Shown: positions 8,243 through 18,293, counted from the first letter of the stretch. The stretch is DNA of 39,268 bases from a virus (IMGVR_UViG_3300037791_000039:1-39268), one strand, 5' to 3'. Notes: generated by a model from the sequence alone, not told the origin. A program made the numbers and translations.

Positions 8243-8709
8243 TACGCGGCCTCCAATCCGTCTTCGATCCACTCATCAAACACCGCGAGCTTGGCGGTCA
8301 CGGACACCATCACGCCTTCTTCAAGCGGTTCGCTTCGGCTGAAGTTGGTGATCGAGAAGTCCGCGAGCGGCCCCTCGCTGCCCGTCACCGCCGCGATGTC
8401 ATCCGGGCTCTTCGCACCGGTGAGCACAGCCAGGCGGATGGAACCCGCCGTGAGGTACGCGGTCTTGATGGCGTCAAAGCCGGTGTCGCCGGGCTTCCAG
8501 AGCATCTCGAATTCGGCGGTGCACTCACGCAAGGTCGGCGCGGTGGCGCGCCAACCCTGGTTGGCGCGCGTCGTCACGTCTGCCTCGCCCGCTTCGAGAC
8601 TGAGCGTCACGTCCTTGACGTTGCCCATCTCGGTGAGGGCGGACAACGCGCTTCCGGCGGTGCCCTGGTAAATCTTGGCGTTCATGCCGAGCAGGAATTC
8701 TTGCGGCAT
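8242..8709 (-). CDS. Major tail tube protein
   Basis: 155 aa; NVKDVTLSLEAGEADVTTR...GW...FSITNFSRSEPLEE pattern of siphovirus tube proteins; position. Confidence 0.85.
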   Translation of the reverse strand: MPQEFLLGMNAKIYQGTAGSALSALTEMGNVKDVTLSLEAGEADVTTRANQGWRATAPTLRECTAEFEMLWKPGDTGFDAIKTAYLTAGSIRLAVLTGAKSPDDIAAVTGSEGPLADFSITNFSRSEPLEEGVMVSVTAKLAVFDEWIEDGLEAA

Positions 8710-8739
8710 CGTGGTGTTCCTTGTGTTTGATTCCGGGGG

Positions 8740-9174
8740 TTAATTCCGGGTGATGCTGTCGCGCCACATGGCGGGCAGCTTGGGTTGTTCTTGTTTGAAG
8801 GCTGGACCCATGAAGGGTCGGCCTCGGTAGTTGGCGCGGACACGCTTGCCGCGACGCTGTAGGGTTGTGCTGCCGCCGTATTCGAGGAGCTCGGGCGCTT
8901 GGCCTCGATCGTTTTGCGAGAGACGGACCGGTCCAATGACCACGCTGCGATTCGAAGGTTCGTAGCCGAAGTAGATGAACTTCTTCAGCAGGCCGGTGTG
9001 GCTCGATGGCGGTGCCCCGGGCGCACTGACCTTCTTGCGCTTGCGGATGCTGCTCCTCGCGCCGCGGCGCACGAAGGCCCCGAATCGCGAGAGCACACGC
9101 CGCGTTCCGCGATCGACCTTGTCGCGCACGGCCTTCTTATCGAAGAACATCTTGGTGATCTCAAAACCGATCAT
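8740..9174 (-). CDS. HK97 gp10-like tail completion/neck protein
   Basis: Basic protein with LLEYGG...RPFMGPAF; start placed at ATG 9174. Confidence 0.75.
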   Translation of the reverse strand: MIGFEITKMFFDKKAVRDKVDRGTRRVLSRFGAFVRRGARSSIRKRKKVSAPGAPPSSHTGLLKKFIYFGYEPSNRSVVIGPVRLSQNDRGQAPELLEYGGSTTLQRRGKRVRANYRGRPFMGPAFKQEQPKLPAMWRDSITRN

Positions 9175-9272
9175 GGCGTGGTCTCTGACCCCGAAGGGTT
9201 TGTTCTTAAAAGTTCCCCAAACACGAAAAATGAAGTTGGGGAAAGAGCAGAAGCGGCGTTGGCCGCTCCCGA

Positions 9273-9671
9273 TCAAGTGTTGTCTTCCAATGAACCTTCA
9301 CCGGTGATGCGGTAAACGACGCCTTCACCGGCGGCGACCGCTCTCAAGTAAATCTTGCTGGCGTCATCGATCCGCACGACCACGCCGCGATAGTTGCCTT
9401 TGAGTAGTGGCATGTTCTGGCTCTCGGAATCACCAAGGAAGATTGGCTTAGTGTTCGTGGCGTTGCCGTCATCGTTGATGGGTGCAGCGACCCACACGAA
9501 TCGGCACGGCGTGGGCTCGTTGACGAGCGGCTCAGCCACGCCCGCTTGAGCCATCGACTTTGATCCACCGGTGAAGATCGATGGCGCGGTGATGTCCACC
9601 AACTGTGCGCCGTCGTCGGGGTCAACCGCGATCGTTGCCGTCTTGATCCATTGCTTGCGTGGTGTGGCCAT
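9273..9671 (-). CDS. Hypothetical late-operon protein
   Basis: 132 aa, co-oriented; family not recognised. Confidence 0.65.
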   Translation of the reverse strand: MATPRKQWIKTATIAVDPDDGAQLVDITAPSIFTGGSKSMAQAGVAEPLVNEPTPCRFVWVAAPINDDGNATNTKPIFLGDSESQNMPLLKGNYRGVVVRIDDASKIYLRAVAAGEGVVYRITGEGSLEDNT

Positions 9672-9690
9672 CAGGGGTGCTCCGATTGCG

Positions 9691-10134
9691 TTATTTCATT
9701 GCCCGATAGATCAGGGTTAAGACCGAGGTGAAGGTGCGCTGCTCGTGTAAGTGTTCCGGGGCGTAAACCGGGTCATTGGTCGTGCTGACCCAGGCGGCAA
9801 AGGCCGCCCCCTGAAGTGGGCGTTGACGCAGGTACTCGGCGATCTGATCAACGACGCCGCTAAGCGTTTGCACCTCGGTATCCATCGCGGTTCCAGCAGG
9901 CAGCTTCTTCTGGACCCCGATGTCAATCGCAAAGTCGTGCTGGCTGGCAGATCGCGTTGAGCCGGTGATCTCAACGGCCTTGGGCACTGCTGTGACCCGC
10001 AATTCGACGAGGTCTTTGAGTTCATAGACCGGCAGAAGTTTGCGCTCGGCGGTAAAAGCCTTGGTGAACGTATTGGGCGGCGCGCTGTTGAGCTCTTGCA
10101 CCACGGCGTCTGTGATCTCGGTGATCAGGCTCAT
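9691..10134 (-). CDS. Putative tail terminator protein
   Basis: ATG 10134 overlaps the upstream TGA; size and position between head closure and gp10-like genes. Confidence 0.65.
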   Translation of the reverse strand: MSLITEITDAVVQELNSAPPNTFTKAFTAERKLLPVYELKDLVELRVTAVPKAVEITGSTRSASQHDFAIDIGVQKKLPAGTAMDTEVQTLSGVVDQIAEYLRQRPLQGAAFAAWVSTTNDPVYAPEHLHEQRTFTSVLTLIYRAMK

Positions 10135-10376
10135 AGAAACACCCCCGCATCCGATAGCCACGAAAACAAGCTCGACCCCGCAGCCGTACCAGCGCCGCCC
10201 AGCAGCAGCCAGATCAGCCGGGACTGCCGTTTGCCGCTTTGCTCGAGTCGGTCCAGTCGCACCTGGATACCGGGCTTGCCGTTGCCACGGATCGCTTCGT
10301 CCAGCCGGTCTAGCTTCTTGTAGATCGCTTCGAGCGGGTTCTGATTCGGATTGAAGGAGCGGTTGTCGCTACTCAA
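10131..10376 (-). CDS. Small coiled-coil protein with C-terminal hydrophobic helix (holin/XhlA-like candidate)
   Basis: TTG 10376; KKLDRLDEAIRGNGKPG...RLDRLEQ followed by LIWLLLGGAGTAAGSSLFSWL. Confidence 0.55.
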   Translation of the reverse strand: MSSDNRSFNPNQNPLEAIYKKLDRLDEAIRGNGKPGIQVRLDRLEQSGKRQSRLIWLLLGGAGTAAGSSLFSWLSDAGVFL

Positions 10377-10734
10377 GGGATGGCCCTGTCTCTTTGGTGT
10401 GGATGCGATACGTTGTGCGACCCGGATCGGACCAGCGCCACGCGCCTTGGCCCGCAAGGTCCATCACTTCGTAGCGCTGGCCGTCGGCGACGATCGCGTC
10501 ACCGGCCTGAGGATCGAAGCCCAATTGGTTGGCCGTGATCAGGAAGTCGATCACATGGGCACGCAGGGTTGCGCCGCTGTACGACGCGTCGCCGACCTCG
10601 TAATCCGTCTTGCCCTTCGTAGCGGGCACATCGATCACTGTGTTGTCGGAGCGCTCGTAGACCACCGAGGTGGTGAGGTGCTCGCCTCGCTGCTGGGCCA
10701 GCCAACTCGCGCTGTCTTTGAGTAAGTCAGGCAT
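10369..10734 (-). CDS. Head closure/head-tail joining protein (gpFII-like)
   Basis: 121 aa; DFLI...PQAGDAIVADGQRYEV pattern; follows the capsid cement gene. Confidence 0.7.
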   Translation of the reverse strand: MPDLLKDSASWLAQQRGEHLTTSVVYERSDNTVIDVPATKGKTDYEVGDASYSGATLRAHVIDFLITANQLGFDPQAGDAIVADGQRYEVMDLAGQGAWRWSDPGRTTYRIHTKETGPSLE

Positions 10735-10737
10735 GAA

Positions 10738-11079
10738 CTACTGCTCCAGCTTCACGCGGGTGGTGGTGTCGTTGTCGCCAGCGGAGAGGGTGGTCTTGCC
10801 CAGGTACTTGTTGGCCCCGGCCTCGGCGTCTTCCTTGGCGACCTGATCGCCTTCGTCCCAGTAGACCTTTGTCCCGGCGGGGATCGCCTCGCCGACGCCT
10901 GTGGTCTTGGGAACGTCGAACACGCCGGTGGTCGCCAGTGCGCCGAGGGTGTTGGCTGGGATGTCGATCTTGGCGATGCCGATGAGATCGCCTTGAACGA
11001 TCACATCCCCTGCAATGACATCGCTTCCGGGGCTGTGGTCGATGTTGAGGCCGTCTTGGATGAACTGTGCGGTAGGCAT
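10738..11079 (-). CDS. DUF2190 family capsid cement/decoration protein
   Basis: FIQDG...GDLIGIAKIDI...GVFDVPK...GTKVYWD; directly after the capsid gene; AGGA RBS. Confidence 0.85.
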   Translation of the reverse strand: MPTAQFIQDGLNIDHSPGSDVIAGDVIVQGDLIGIAKIDIPANTLGALATTGVFDVPKTTGVGEAIPAGTKVYWDEGDQVAKEDAEAGANKYLGKTTLSAGDNDTTTRVKLEQ

Positions 11080-11112
11080 AGGAGTTGTCCTTATGTTGGT
11101 TCACGGTGCAGC

Positions 11113-11144
11113 GATTCCGGAGATTCCGGAGATTCCGGGGGGGG
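11113..11144. repeat. Tandem 9-bp repeat (GATTCCGGA)2-GATTCCGGG running into a G8 tract
   Basis: Read directly in the capsid/DUF2190 intergenic gap. Confidence 0.9.
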
Positions 11145-13184
11145 TTAGGCTTCGCCTTTGACCTTCACTGCGCCGCGGTGGTCTTGTTCTTTCACACCAA
11201 AGTCGATGTATCCACGGAACTGGATGCCGAGCGTGTTGAAGTTGGCGTCGGCTCGCTCAACGGTCGGCGTCTGCTTGCCGTTGAGGAACGCGACCTCGAC
11301 CGCCGGGACCCGGTTGGGGTCGGCGAAGAGATACCAAGCCTTGTTGCTGGCTCCCGGAATGGCAGAGTTGGACAGGTACGCCGAGGTGACCACATCGAAC
11401 TTACCCGCGTGCGGGTTGCTGGCGACCTTGGGTTTGTTGGCCGTGGTGGTTTCGTTAACGGCGGTGTCTTTCATCAGCTGCTGGGCCAGCACCTTGAGCG
11501 CCGGAGGAACGAACAGCTTCTGCGGTGCGACACTCAGCGGTCGGCCGTTGGGCTTGGTCTGTTCGAGGAAGGTCAATTCCGCAGCGGTAAGACTCTCGAT
11601 CGAGAGCGCCGTATTGGCACCGGTCAGGTAGTTCTTATTGCCCGCAGAAAAGAATCCGGCGGGATTCGAGAGCAGCAGTTCGAACACCGCCTCGGCGATC
11701 GCCTCGGCCGAGCCCATGCCCAACACCTGCGGGACCGCTGCGAACGCGCCCAGGTCATCGTTGATGATGTCCTTGCGCTCCAGCGAGAACATGATCCCGA
11801 AGGTGTCGGCCCGCTGGGTGAAGTTCTCTTCGCCAAGCTTGCCGTGTTTCAGTTCGCCGCCCTTACCCACCGGCTGGAACTTCATGTCGTCGGTCAGGCG
11901 GTAGCGGGTGTGCTCCTTAAAGTCAGAGACCGACCCGATCTTGCAGACCTGCCGCCACGCGTCCTCGACGTAGTTGAATCCGTCGAGCAGCATCTTGTGG
12001 GCCACGTTGGAGAGGATGCCCGGCAAGGACATCGTGCTGAATGCGGCTTGGAGCCAGCCGGAGGCGTCCTGTCGGTATCGCGGAAGACGCCGGCCCGCAG
12101 CGATCTCGCAGAACTCCTGGAAGCCGACGCCACGGAAACGGTCGCTGGCCTCGACGGTCTTCTCGCCGAACTGGGTCAGTGCCCGCTGGTCGGTCATGCC
12201 CGCCGCACGGCACGCGGCCGCGATGAGCACGCCTTGGTCGGGCGACTTGTCGGTCGCTCCACCTGGGCTGGGTGAGGACGGACGCGATGCACGGAGCACC
12301 TCGAGTTCGGTCTTGGTCTCGTCCCACGCCTCTTCGATCGCTTGCGCGGCGATAGCCTGATGGGCGCTGCCACAGACTTCGAGGATGCGGGATTGGCGAC
12401 GCAGTTCGCTTGCTGCCGAGGCACGCAGACGCTTGGCGGGGTCTTCATCGTCATCGCCATCGGCGACAGCGACGGATGTTTCTGTGTCTTGTTGCTGCGA
12501 GTCGAACGAAGCGCGGAGTGTCTTGGTTTGATCATCAGATAGTGCCTCGGGGTCGAAGCCACTGGCCTGGAGCCATTCGGAGAAGTCCATAGGGAGCTCC
12601 TTGTTGGGTTGTTTGGTTGGTTGATTGGCGATGAGCGCCGAGGTCTGGGTGTCTGCGCCCAGCGGAACGAAGCTGATCTCGCCGAGGAGGGATTGGCGGG
12701 CGACGTTGAGCGGGCCATCGAGCGAGCGGCCATTGACGACCACGCTCTGCCCTGCCTTGATGAAGTCCACTTTCTGGGCCTGTGCACCGATGGATGCTTG
12801 CCAGCGGAAGCCCTTGTCTGCCAGCGCGACCACACGCTGCACGCGGGGTGAGTCGCCCAGCACATCACCTGATGCCATGAGCTGGCCTTCGACGATCTCG
12901 ATGCGATCGGTCTGACCGACCAGGTCGTCCACGTCCTGTTGATGGCCGAGAAAGATAGGCTTTGCGCTATCACCGGTGTTCAGGCCAGCGAGGTCCACGA
13001 CGACCGGGTAGCGCCAGCCTGCCAGCGTCATGGGACCACCGGTGTAGGCGGTCATTGAAAAGCGACGTGGCCCCCCGGAACCCCCGGAAGTTGGGTTCGC
13101 GCCATCAGCGGATGCAGCGGCCGTGATCTCGCACGGCGCGGTGAGCGTGAGAGTCTGGGTTCCGGGGGCGGGATGCTCAGGCAT
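11145..13184 (-). CDS. Prohead protease-scaffold-major capsid fusion
   Basis: ATG 13184 with GGAGG RBS. N-terminal protease-like H...WQASIG...EISFVPLGAD, acidic linker, and C-terminal capsid with SVSDFK...TFGIMFSLERKDIINDDLGAF...DFGV. Confidence 0.9.
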   Translation of the reverse strand: MPEHPAPGTQTLTLTAPCEITAAASADGANPTSGGSGGPRRFSMTAYTGGPMTLAGWRYPVVVDLAGLNTGDSAKPIFLGHQQDVDDLVGQTDRIEIVEGQLMASGDVLGDSPRVQRVVALADKGFRWQASIGAQAQKVDFIKAGQSVVVNGRSLDGPLNVARQSLLGEISFVPLGADTQTSALIANQPTKQPNKELPMDFSEWLQASGFDPEALSDDQTKTLRASFDSQQQDTETSVAVADGDDDEDPAKRLRASAASELRRQSRILEVCGSAHQAIAAQAIEEAWDETKTELEVLRASRPSSPSPGGATDKSPDQGVLIAAACRAAGMTDQRALTQFGEKTVEASDRFRGVGFQEFCEIAAGRRLPRYRQDASGWLQAAFSTMSLPGILSNVAHKMLLDGFNYVEDAWRQVCKIGSVSDFKEHTRYRLTDDMKFQPVGKGGELKHGKLGEENFTQRADTFGIMFSLERKDIINDDLGAFAAVPQVLGMGSAEAIAEAVFELLLSNPAGFFSAGNKNYLTGANTALSIESLTAAELTFLEQTKPNGRPLSVAPQKLFVPPALKVLAQQLMKDTAVNETTTANKPKVASNPHAGKFDVVTSAYLSNSAIPGASNKAWYLFADPNRVPAVEVAFLNGKQTPTVERADANFNTLGIQFRGYIDFGVKEQDHRGAVKVKGEA

Positions 13185-14643
13185 CGTCTTCCTCCTCCAT
13201 CTCTGGATCGAGTTCCGGGGCGACACCTGCAGGCTGCGATTGGGCTTCGGTCAGGCCGAGTTCACGAACCAGAGCCACTTCCTTCGCGCGTTGGCGAAGT
13301 TCGGTCTCCCAGTCGCGCCCTTGCTTGGCATACTCGTTGGCGAGTGTGGTGGTGTGGCTAGACAGCCGCGTGGATTGTGCGTTGGCTTCCTTAGCCGGGT
13401 CCACGTGCTCGGTGCCGTCCCAGAACCACTGGTGGTCCAGCGTGTTGAAGTCGGCAGTGCGCAGCCAGCGCGGTAAGAGATCGGTGACAAGAATGGCCTC
13501 GTTGAGCCAGGCCCGGAAGATGGCATCAAGCACGTTGCAAGCGATGTGGGTCTGATCGACGCGGATCGCCTTGTAGTAAGTCTGATGATCCAGCCGACCC
13601 GAAGCGTAGTTGTAGCCCGAGCTGTTACCCGCAGCGACGTTGAACGGCATGTTCAAGCACCGTGCAATCTCGGCCAAGATCGACTTCACGAACTCAACGT
13701 GGTTCGTACTCGGGTGCTCGGCCTTGACCTGTCCGAGCTTCCAGCCCTGCGGCAACGTGGTTGCCATGCGAGCTTCGAGTTCGAACACGTCCATCGGCTC
13801 GACCGCATCCGGCTCGCCGTTGGGCGGCGCATCGGTGTAGAGCGTTAGCGCGAAGTCGGCGGCGGTCTCTGCTGCCGCGAGGACGGCCAGTCGGTATCGA
13901 CGCAGCTGCGCGAACAACGGCAGTGCAGGCGTCAGTTCGGGGATGCCCCTGCTCTGCCCCGGCCGCTCGATGCGATACAGGTGGATCACCGAGTCGGCCG
14001 ACACACGATCGCACTCGTCATCGAAACCGCCACCGCCGGGGTGCTGCTTGAGGACGTGGTAGTGCGTGGGATTGCCGAATCGGTCGTGTTCGATGCCATC
14101 GACCGCGTCGTCTTCGAAGGCGCGGCGCGACGGCGGCGTGGTGACTTGGTCGGCTTCGACCAGTCGAACGTCCAGCTGAACCGGTCCTGGGATCGAGGGG
14201 TTGCGGGTAAGTACTGCGAAGGCCTCACCGGATTCGGCGCGGGCCATCCGCATGGTGCGGAGTTTTTCAGGGAGATTGATCGCGCGGGCCCAGCGCATGA
14301 ACGCCTGCTCGACGGCAGTATTCGCGGCGGGGTCCTCGGTCAGCATCTGCAGACGCGGGCCGGTGCCGATCGTGTCGTTAGCCAAAGTGAGGACGATGCC
14401 ACGGGCATACGAGTTGTTGGCCACTTCGTAGCGCGTCCGACTTCGTAGGATCGCACGCACATCCATTGATGCGGCGGCGTCGGGGCTGAGCAGGTCCGCG
14501 TTGGCCCAGTGCCGACGGTTCTCGTCGGTCGTCTGCGCGGCGTCGAACTTGGCACGAAAGACGCGGTACGAATGGTCGTGCGACGCGTTCGCTTTGGTCT
14601 TGGACTTCCGGGGGTTCCGGGGTGATCGCCATCGCATCAGCAT
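13177..14643 (-). CDS. Portal protein, lambda family
   Basis: LRSRTRYEVANNSYARG, RPGQSRGIP, NYASGRL and VDPAKEA motifs. Confidence 0.93.
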   Translation of the reverse strand: MLMRWRSPRNPRKSKTKANASHDHSYRVFRAKFDAAQTTDENRRHWANADLLSPDAAASMDVRAILRSRTRYEVANNSYARGIVLTLANDTIGTGPRLQMLTEDPAANTAVEQAFMRWARAINLPEKLRTMRMARAESGEAFAVLTRNPSIPGPVQLDVRLVEADQVTTPPSRRAFEDDAVDGIEHDRFGNPTHYHVLKQHPGGGGFDDECDRVSADSVIHLYRIERPGQSRGIPELTPALPLFAQLRRYRLAVLAAAETAADFALTLYTDAPPNGEPDAVEPMDVFELEARMATTLPQGWKLGQVKAEHPSTNHVEFVKSILAEIARCLNMPFNVAAGNSSGYNYASGRLDHQTYYKAIRVDQTHIACNVLDAIFRAWLNEAILVTDLLPRWLRTADFNTLDHQWFWDGTEHVDPAKEANAQSTRLSSHTTTLANEYAKQGRDWETELRQRAKEVALVRELGLTEAQSQPAGVAPELDPEMEEEDDA

Positions 14644-14855
14644 TACGCGGCCCCCGGTGGAATGAGTTTGGTGGTCTTGATCCCCAGGCCCGACTTGCGC
14701 GTGGCCTGCTTAGACGCGAGATAGCGGTCCGCCGCAATCTGGTCAGCGAGGCTGTGCTGTTCGACAGACTGACCATCTACGCTCGCCTTGGCCGGGCCGG
14801 CAGCGTTGTCATGGATGCTCTGATCCAGCGGGTCGGTTGGAGTCGATTCGGGCAA
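14643..14855 (-). CDS. gpW-like head-tail adaptor
   Basis: 70 aa; ASVDGQSVEQHSL; lies between terL and portal as in lambda. Confidence 0.7.
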   Translation of the reverse strand: MPESTPTDPLDQSIHDNAAGPAKASVDGQSVEQHSLADQIAADRYLASKQATRKSGLGIKTTKLIPPGAA

Positions 14856-14880
14856 GGCGGTGTCCCAGTAAGGAGTGGTC

Positions 14881-14899
14881 CCTACGGGTCACCTATGCC
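14881..14899 (-). promoter_or_regulatory. 19-bp leader motif GGCATAGGTGACCCGTAGG upstream of the head/tail operon
   Basis: 17/19 identical to 24227-24245, same orientation, both intergenic. Confidence 0.6.
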
Positions 14900-14977
14900 G
14901 TTTAGATACGTCTGATTCAGATACTCTTCCTACAACTTCAAACCGTTCCAGATATGGAACCTCGCACGGATTGTTCG

Positions 14978-15160
14978 CTACAAGCGTTCTCTTGTTGTTA
15001 TCCGCTTACCACAGTGACGACACCTTCGGACCCGCAAGATGTGTCCTGGTCGCTGGCGTGTGTACCAGACCGGCAGGTGCCGACAGCCACATTTGGGGCA
15101 TGCCAAGCCTGGGCCGGGATCATCAGCGTCTTGCTTGGTAGATGGTTGGAACGGCTTCAT
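14978..15160 (-). CDS. Small zinc-ribbon protein (NrdR-N/Ogr-like)
   Basis: CPKCG...YTR...[16 protein letters not shown]; ATGA overlap with terL. Confidence 0.75.
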   Translation of the reverse strand: MKPFQPSTKQDADDPGPGLACPKCGCRHLPVWYTRQRPGHILRVRRCRHCGKRITTRERL

Positions 15161-17442
15161 TTCCGGTTCGCCTGTAGTTCGGAGAGCTTGATTCGGGGTT
15201 TGCGGGGCGCACCGATCGTCTCAACGCCCAATTTCACGCCGCCCATTGACGCGGCCACGGCGCAGCCAACCAAGCAGTCGAACCAGTGGTTGTCGGGGCG
15301 GCTCGGACGGATCGCCCACTCCTGAACCATCCGACCGTGTCCTTGGGTGCGTGTCCAGAACTCAGCACCCGCAACGTGGTCGGCAAACAGTCGGTGGGCC
15401 GAGCCACGAGATGCTGTGTCGCCGAAGAGCGTCAACGCACCGCGATCACCCGGGGCTACCGCCAGTCGAGCATGAAGAAAACTCTTCCAGTAGTTCGTGT
15501 CGATCTGCACGTGCCGGAACTCACTGGTCTTCGAGACGTTGGGGACGTACCAGTGATGACCATGGCGTTCGCCGGGACGACGCCGGTAGGTGGCCATGGG
15601 CTTGTTGCCTGCCTTGATCCCCACACCCTTGGACGGCATGGCTGCGCCGGCACCGGGGAGTTTGTGGCAGACGTTGGCCACGACCCCGGGCAGGTAGCCC
15701 GAGTCGATGAGTAAGCGTTCGATGCGGATCGCGCCTTCGCCTTGCGTGTAGTCCGTGGTCAGTAGCGTTGTCGCCAACTGCTCAAGCCCCGCTTGCACCG
15801 CGCCCTCCACACCGGCCCCGGGCACCAGATCACCCATGGTCTTCTTCGCATCACGCAGCGAGAACAGCGACCGCTTTTGGTCGGGGTAGGTGCCGTAGTC
15901 GATGACGTACCCGGTGAAGTCCTCGGCCCAGGCGCACACCACGTAGAACAACACCTTGTCGTGAACGTCCACGAACGCAGTGAGGCGCGTACACTCCAGC
16001 GGCACATGCTTCCGGGGGCGGCCGTTGATGCGCTCGGCGACCTGGTCTGGGGTGAGTACGTCCTCGTCGCTCTGTTCGGCGACGGGCTCATTCTGATACT
16101 CAGCAAAGAACGCAGGCTCATCGCGTAGCTTGAGGTTTATCGCGTGCTGTAGCGCGCTGACCTCGTCGTGGTTGAAGCGAACCGGCCAGGCCACGGCGCT
16201 GCCCGCGTCCATCACCTCGCGGTGCTCTTCGTAGTACGTGGTGGCATCCGAGCCATCGTTGCCTTCACGCAGGGATTGGGCGCGGAGCTGAGCGTATTCA
16301 TCCCAGTGCTTCTCGGCCTCGGCCGACTCGGGGAACTTGTAGACCAGCTTGGTGCATTCACCTTGCCACTCGGGGTTTTTGGTCCGGTCGAGGATCTGGT
16401 CCGCGAGATCGTCGTGGTAAATCTTCGTGCAGGTCATGAAACCCGCCATCTTCACCCCCGGACCGCCAAGGCCGAGTACGTCGCCATTGAGGATCGACAG
16501 GCGGTGGCGGGTCTGCGCGGGCGAGTTGGCTGACTGTCTTGTCTGCGGATCGTCAAGGATCACAAGCGACGGGCGGATGATCGACCCGTCCATGCGCGTG
16601 TGCTGCTGGCCACGGATGTTGGAGTCCAGGCCCGCGACGGTGATGATTCCCCCGCCCCCGGAAATGCTGCTGTCTTCTGCGTAGATCGTGGGCATAACCA
16701 GCTTGTCCGCCGACCACGTGATGTAAGTCGGCTTGCCCTGGCAGAGCTGTCCGATCTGGCGACGCGCGTTGTTTTCCAGCTTGCGGATCGGATAGATCGC
16801 CTCCGGGAAGTCGGCAAGAAGAGCATCGTTGGCGAGCATCTCCCGCTTGATCGCGTCGAGCATGCTCTTGGCCTGGTCCTCGGCGCTGCCGATCAGACAG
16901 ACATAAGGGCGGTAGCCGTAGAGGATCGCCCAGAGCCCCGCGATCCTAGCGAGCGTCGTCTTGCCGCTGCCGCGCGGCATGGCGAAGGCAAACAGCCCGC
17001 CGTCAATCACCGCACGCTCGATCTTCTCGATCACACGCAGGTGGTCGTCGCTCCATTCAAGGTGGAACGCTGAAGGAAAATACTGCTCGCAGAAGCTGCG
17101 GAAGGAATGCTTGCATTGTTCACGGCGGTGCGGGTCTTCGATCGCGGGGATCGCGCCGATGTCACGACCGGCCTTGGACAGCGCACGGTTGCGTTCGGCC
17201 TCACGGAGCTTGCGTTCTTCGTAGGTAGTCGGCTGGGCCTTGGGTTTGTCGCGCTCGCGCACCAGCCACGCGACGTACTTGATCAGCGCTACCTTCCGCG
17301 GGTCACCGGCAGCGGTGATGCGCAGGCCCGCCTCATTCATCTGGCGGTGGATGGTCGTAGCGCTCACGACCGTCCCGGCCGGCGTGCTGTTAAGCAGCCG
17401 GACCAGTTCGGTCGGGGATAGCGCACGCACATCCATCGCCAT
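15157..17442 (-). CDS. terL: Terminase large subunit (gpA-like) with N-terminal extension
   Basis: Walker [10 protein letters not shown], Walker B LVILDD; nuclease acidic motifs TAFVDVH, LIDSGY, NHWFDC. Confidence 0.92.
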   Translation of the reverse strand: MAMDVRALSPTELVRLLNSTPAGTVVSATTIHRQMNEAGLRITAAGDPRKVALIKYVAWLVRERDKPKAQPTTYEERKLREAERNRALSKAGRDIGAIPAIEDPHRREQCKHSFRSFCEQYFPSAFHLEWSDDHLRVIEKIERAVIDGGLFAFAMPRGSGKTTLARIAGLWAILYGYRPYVCLIGSAEDQAKSMLDAIKREMLANDALLADFPEAIYPIRKLENNARRQIGQLCQGKPTYITWSADKLVMPTIYAEDSSISGGGGIITVAGLDSNIRGQQHTRMDGSIIRPSLVILDDPQTRQSANSPAQTRHRLSILNGDVLGLGGPGVKMAGFMTCTKIYHDDLADQILDRTKNPEWQGECTKLVYKFPESAEAEKHWDEYAQLRAQSLREGNDGSDATTYYEEHREVMDAGSAVAWPVRFNHDEVSALQHAINLKLRDEPAFFAEYQNEPVAEQSDEDVLTPDQVAERINGRPRKHVPLECTRLTAFVDVHDKVLFYVVCAWAEDFTGYVIDYGTYPDQKRSLFSLRDAKKTMGDLVPGAGVEGAVQAGLEQLATTLLTTDYTQGEGAIRIERLLIDSGYLPGVVANVCHKLPGAGAAMPSKGVGIKAGNKPMATYRRRPGERHGHHWYVPNVSKTSEFRHVQIDTNYWKSFLHARLAVAPGDRGALTLFGDTASRGSAHRLFADHVAGAEFWTRTQGHGRMVQEWAIRPSRPDNHWFDCLVGCAVAASMGGVKLGVETIGAPRKPRIKLSELQANRK

Positions 17443-17669
17443 TACGCATCAACTCCTGACGCGACAGGTTGGGCGGGGTCGGCGTTCAGCCAGGCGGCGT
17501 AGTGGACAAGGTTGATCGACCCGTTCGCGTTCGTGGGCGCGCCCTGGGCCACGTGTTGGCATAGGACATCCATAGGGATACCCAGCAGGCGGGAGAGCTG
17601 TTCCTGGCCCACGGCGGCGGGATTAAGCGGGGATTCGGGGGCGTGTTGGGGGTCGTTTTCAGGGGGCAA
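17442..17669 (-). CDS. Minimal Nu1-like terminase small subunit (winged HTH)
   Basis: 75 aa; TTG with AGGAGA RBS; QLSRLLG...QGAP...YAAWL resembles the lambda Nu1 DNA-binding domain; TAATG-coupled to terL. Confidence 0.6.
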   Translation of the reverse strand: MPPENDPQHAPESPLNPAAVGQEQLSRLLGIPMDVLCQHVAQGAPTNANGSINLVHYAAWLNADPAQPVASGVDA

Positions 17670-17709
17670 AAGATTCTCCTAAATAACTGCAAATACTGGC
17701 ATTAACGCC

Positions 17710-17738
17710 TTGATGTATCTCCGAAGCTGAGGCTTAAT
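17710..17738 (+). promoter_or_regulatory. Sigma70-like promoter of the plus-strand cassette
   Basis: TTGATG-17 bp-CTTAAT, 40 bp upstream of ATG 17778. Confidence 0.4.
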
Positions 17739-17777
17739 GTGCTTGTTCCAACCGCAACCCCCAACCCCAGAAGAACC

Positions 17778-17972
17778 ATGACCAAGCCCACCAAGAACGC
17801 CCTGAAGACCATCGAACGCATCGCCCGCGACGAGCTCGACCTCGAAACCCTCGAGACCCGCAAATGGGACAGCTACGACTTCAAAGAGCACGCGGTCTGG
17901 AGCATCAAGAAGGCGCTGCTCGACGCCTACGCCGCCGGGGTCGAGGCGGGCAAAGCTTCCCGCGCCAAGTAA
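17778..17972 (+). CDS. DUF6900-like small protein
   Basis: TLETRKWDSYDFKEHAVWSIKKALLDAYAAG. Confidence 0.75.
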   Translation: MTKPTKNALKTIERIARDELDLETLETRKWDSYDFKEHAVWSIKKALLDAYAAGVEAGKASRAK

Positions 17973-17996
17973 ACCACGACCAACGAAAGGAACACC

Positions 17997-18254
17997 ATGC
18001 AGATCACCCGAATTGAACTCCACGGCGAACAAGGCTACGTCACGATCGAACGCCCGATGTTCGGCCTCGAAGTCACTATCCACAGCATCAAGCCCGGAGA
18101 CGACGGCGAACAGACCTGGACCATCAGCACACGCAGCGAGCGGCACCAAATCCTCGAGCTGGCCCAAATCATCCAGAAACGCTGCGACGGCTTCCGAGGC
18201 AGCAACAGCATGATCCACGACTACTTCTGCGAACTCCAACGCTTCATGGATTGA
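17997..18254 (+). CDS. Hypothetical protein
   Basis: 85 aa; AAGGA RBS; C-ending codon bias. Confidence 0.75.
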   Translation: MQITRIELHGEQGYVTIERPMFGLEVTIHSIKPGDDGEQTWTISTRSERHQILELAQIIQKRCDGFRGSNSMIHDYFCELQRFMD

Positions 18255-18293
18255 CCTCAAAGACCACACCAACCCCTCAGACGGAGACCACCC

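Noticed and set aside
11113-11144. CRISPR-like array
   Set aside because: Units are 9 bp with no spacers and there are no cas genes; treated as part of the CCGGAA motif family.
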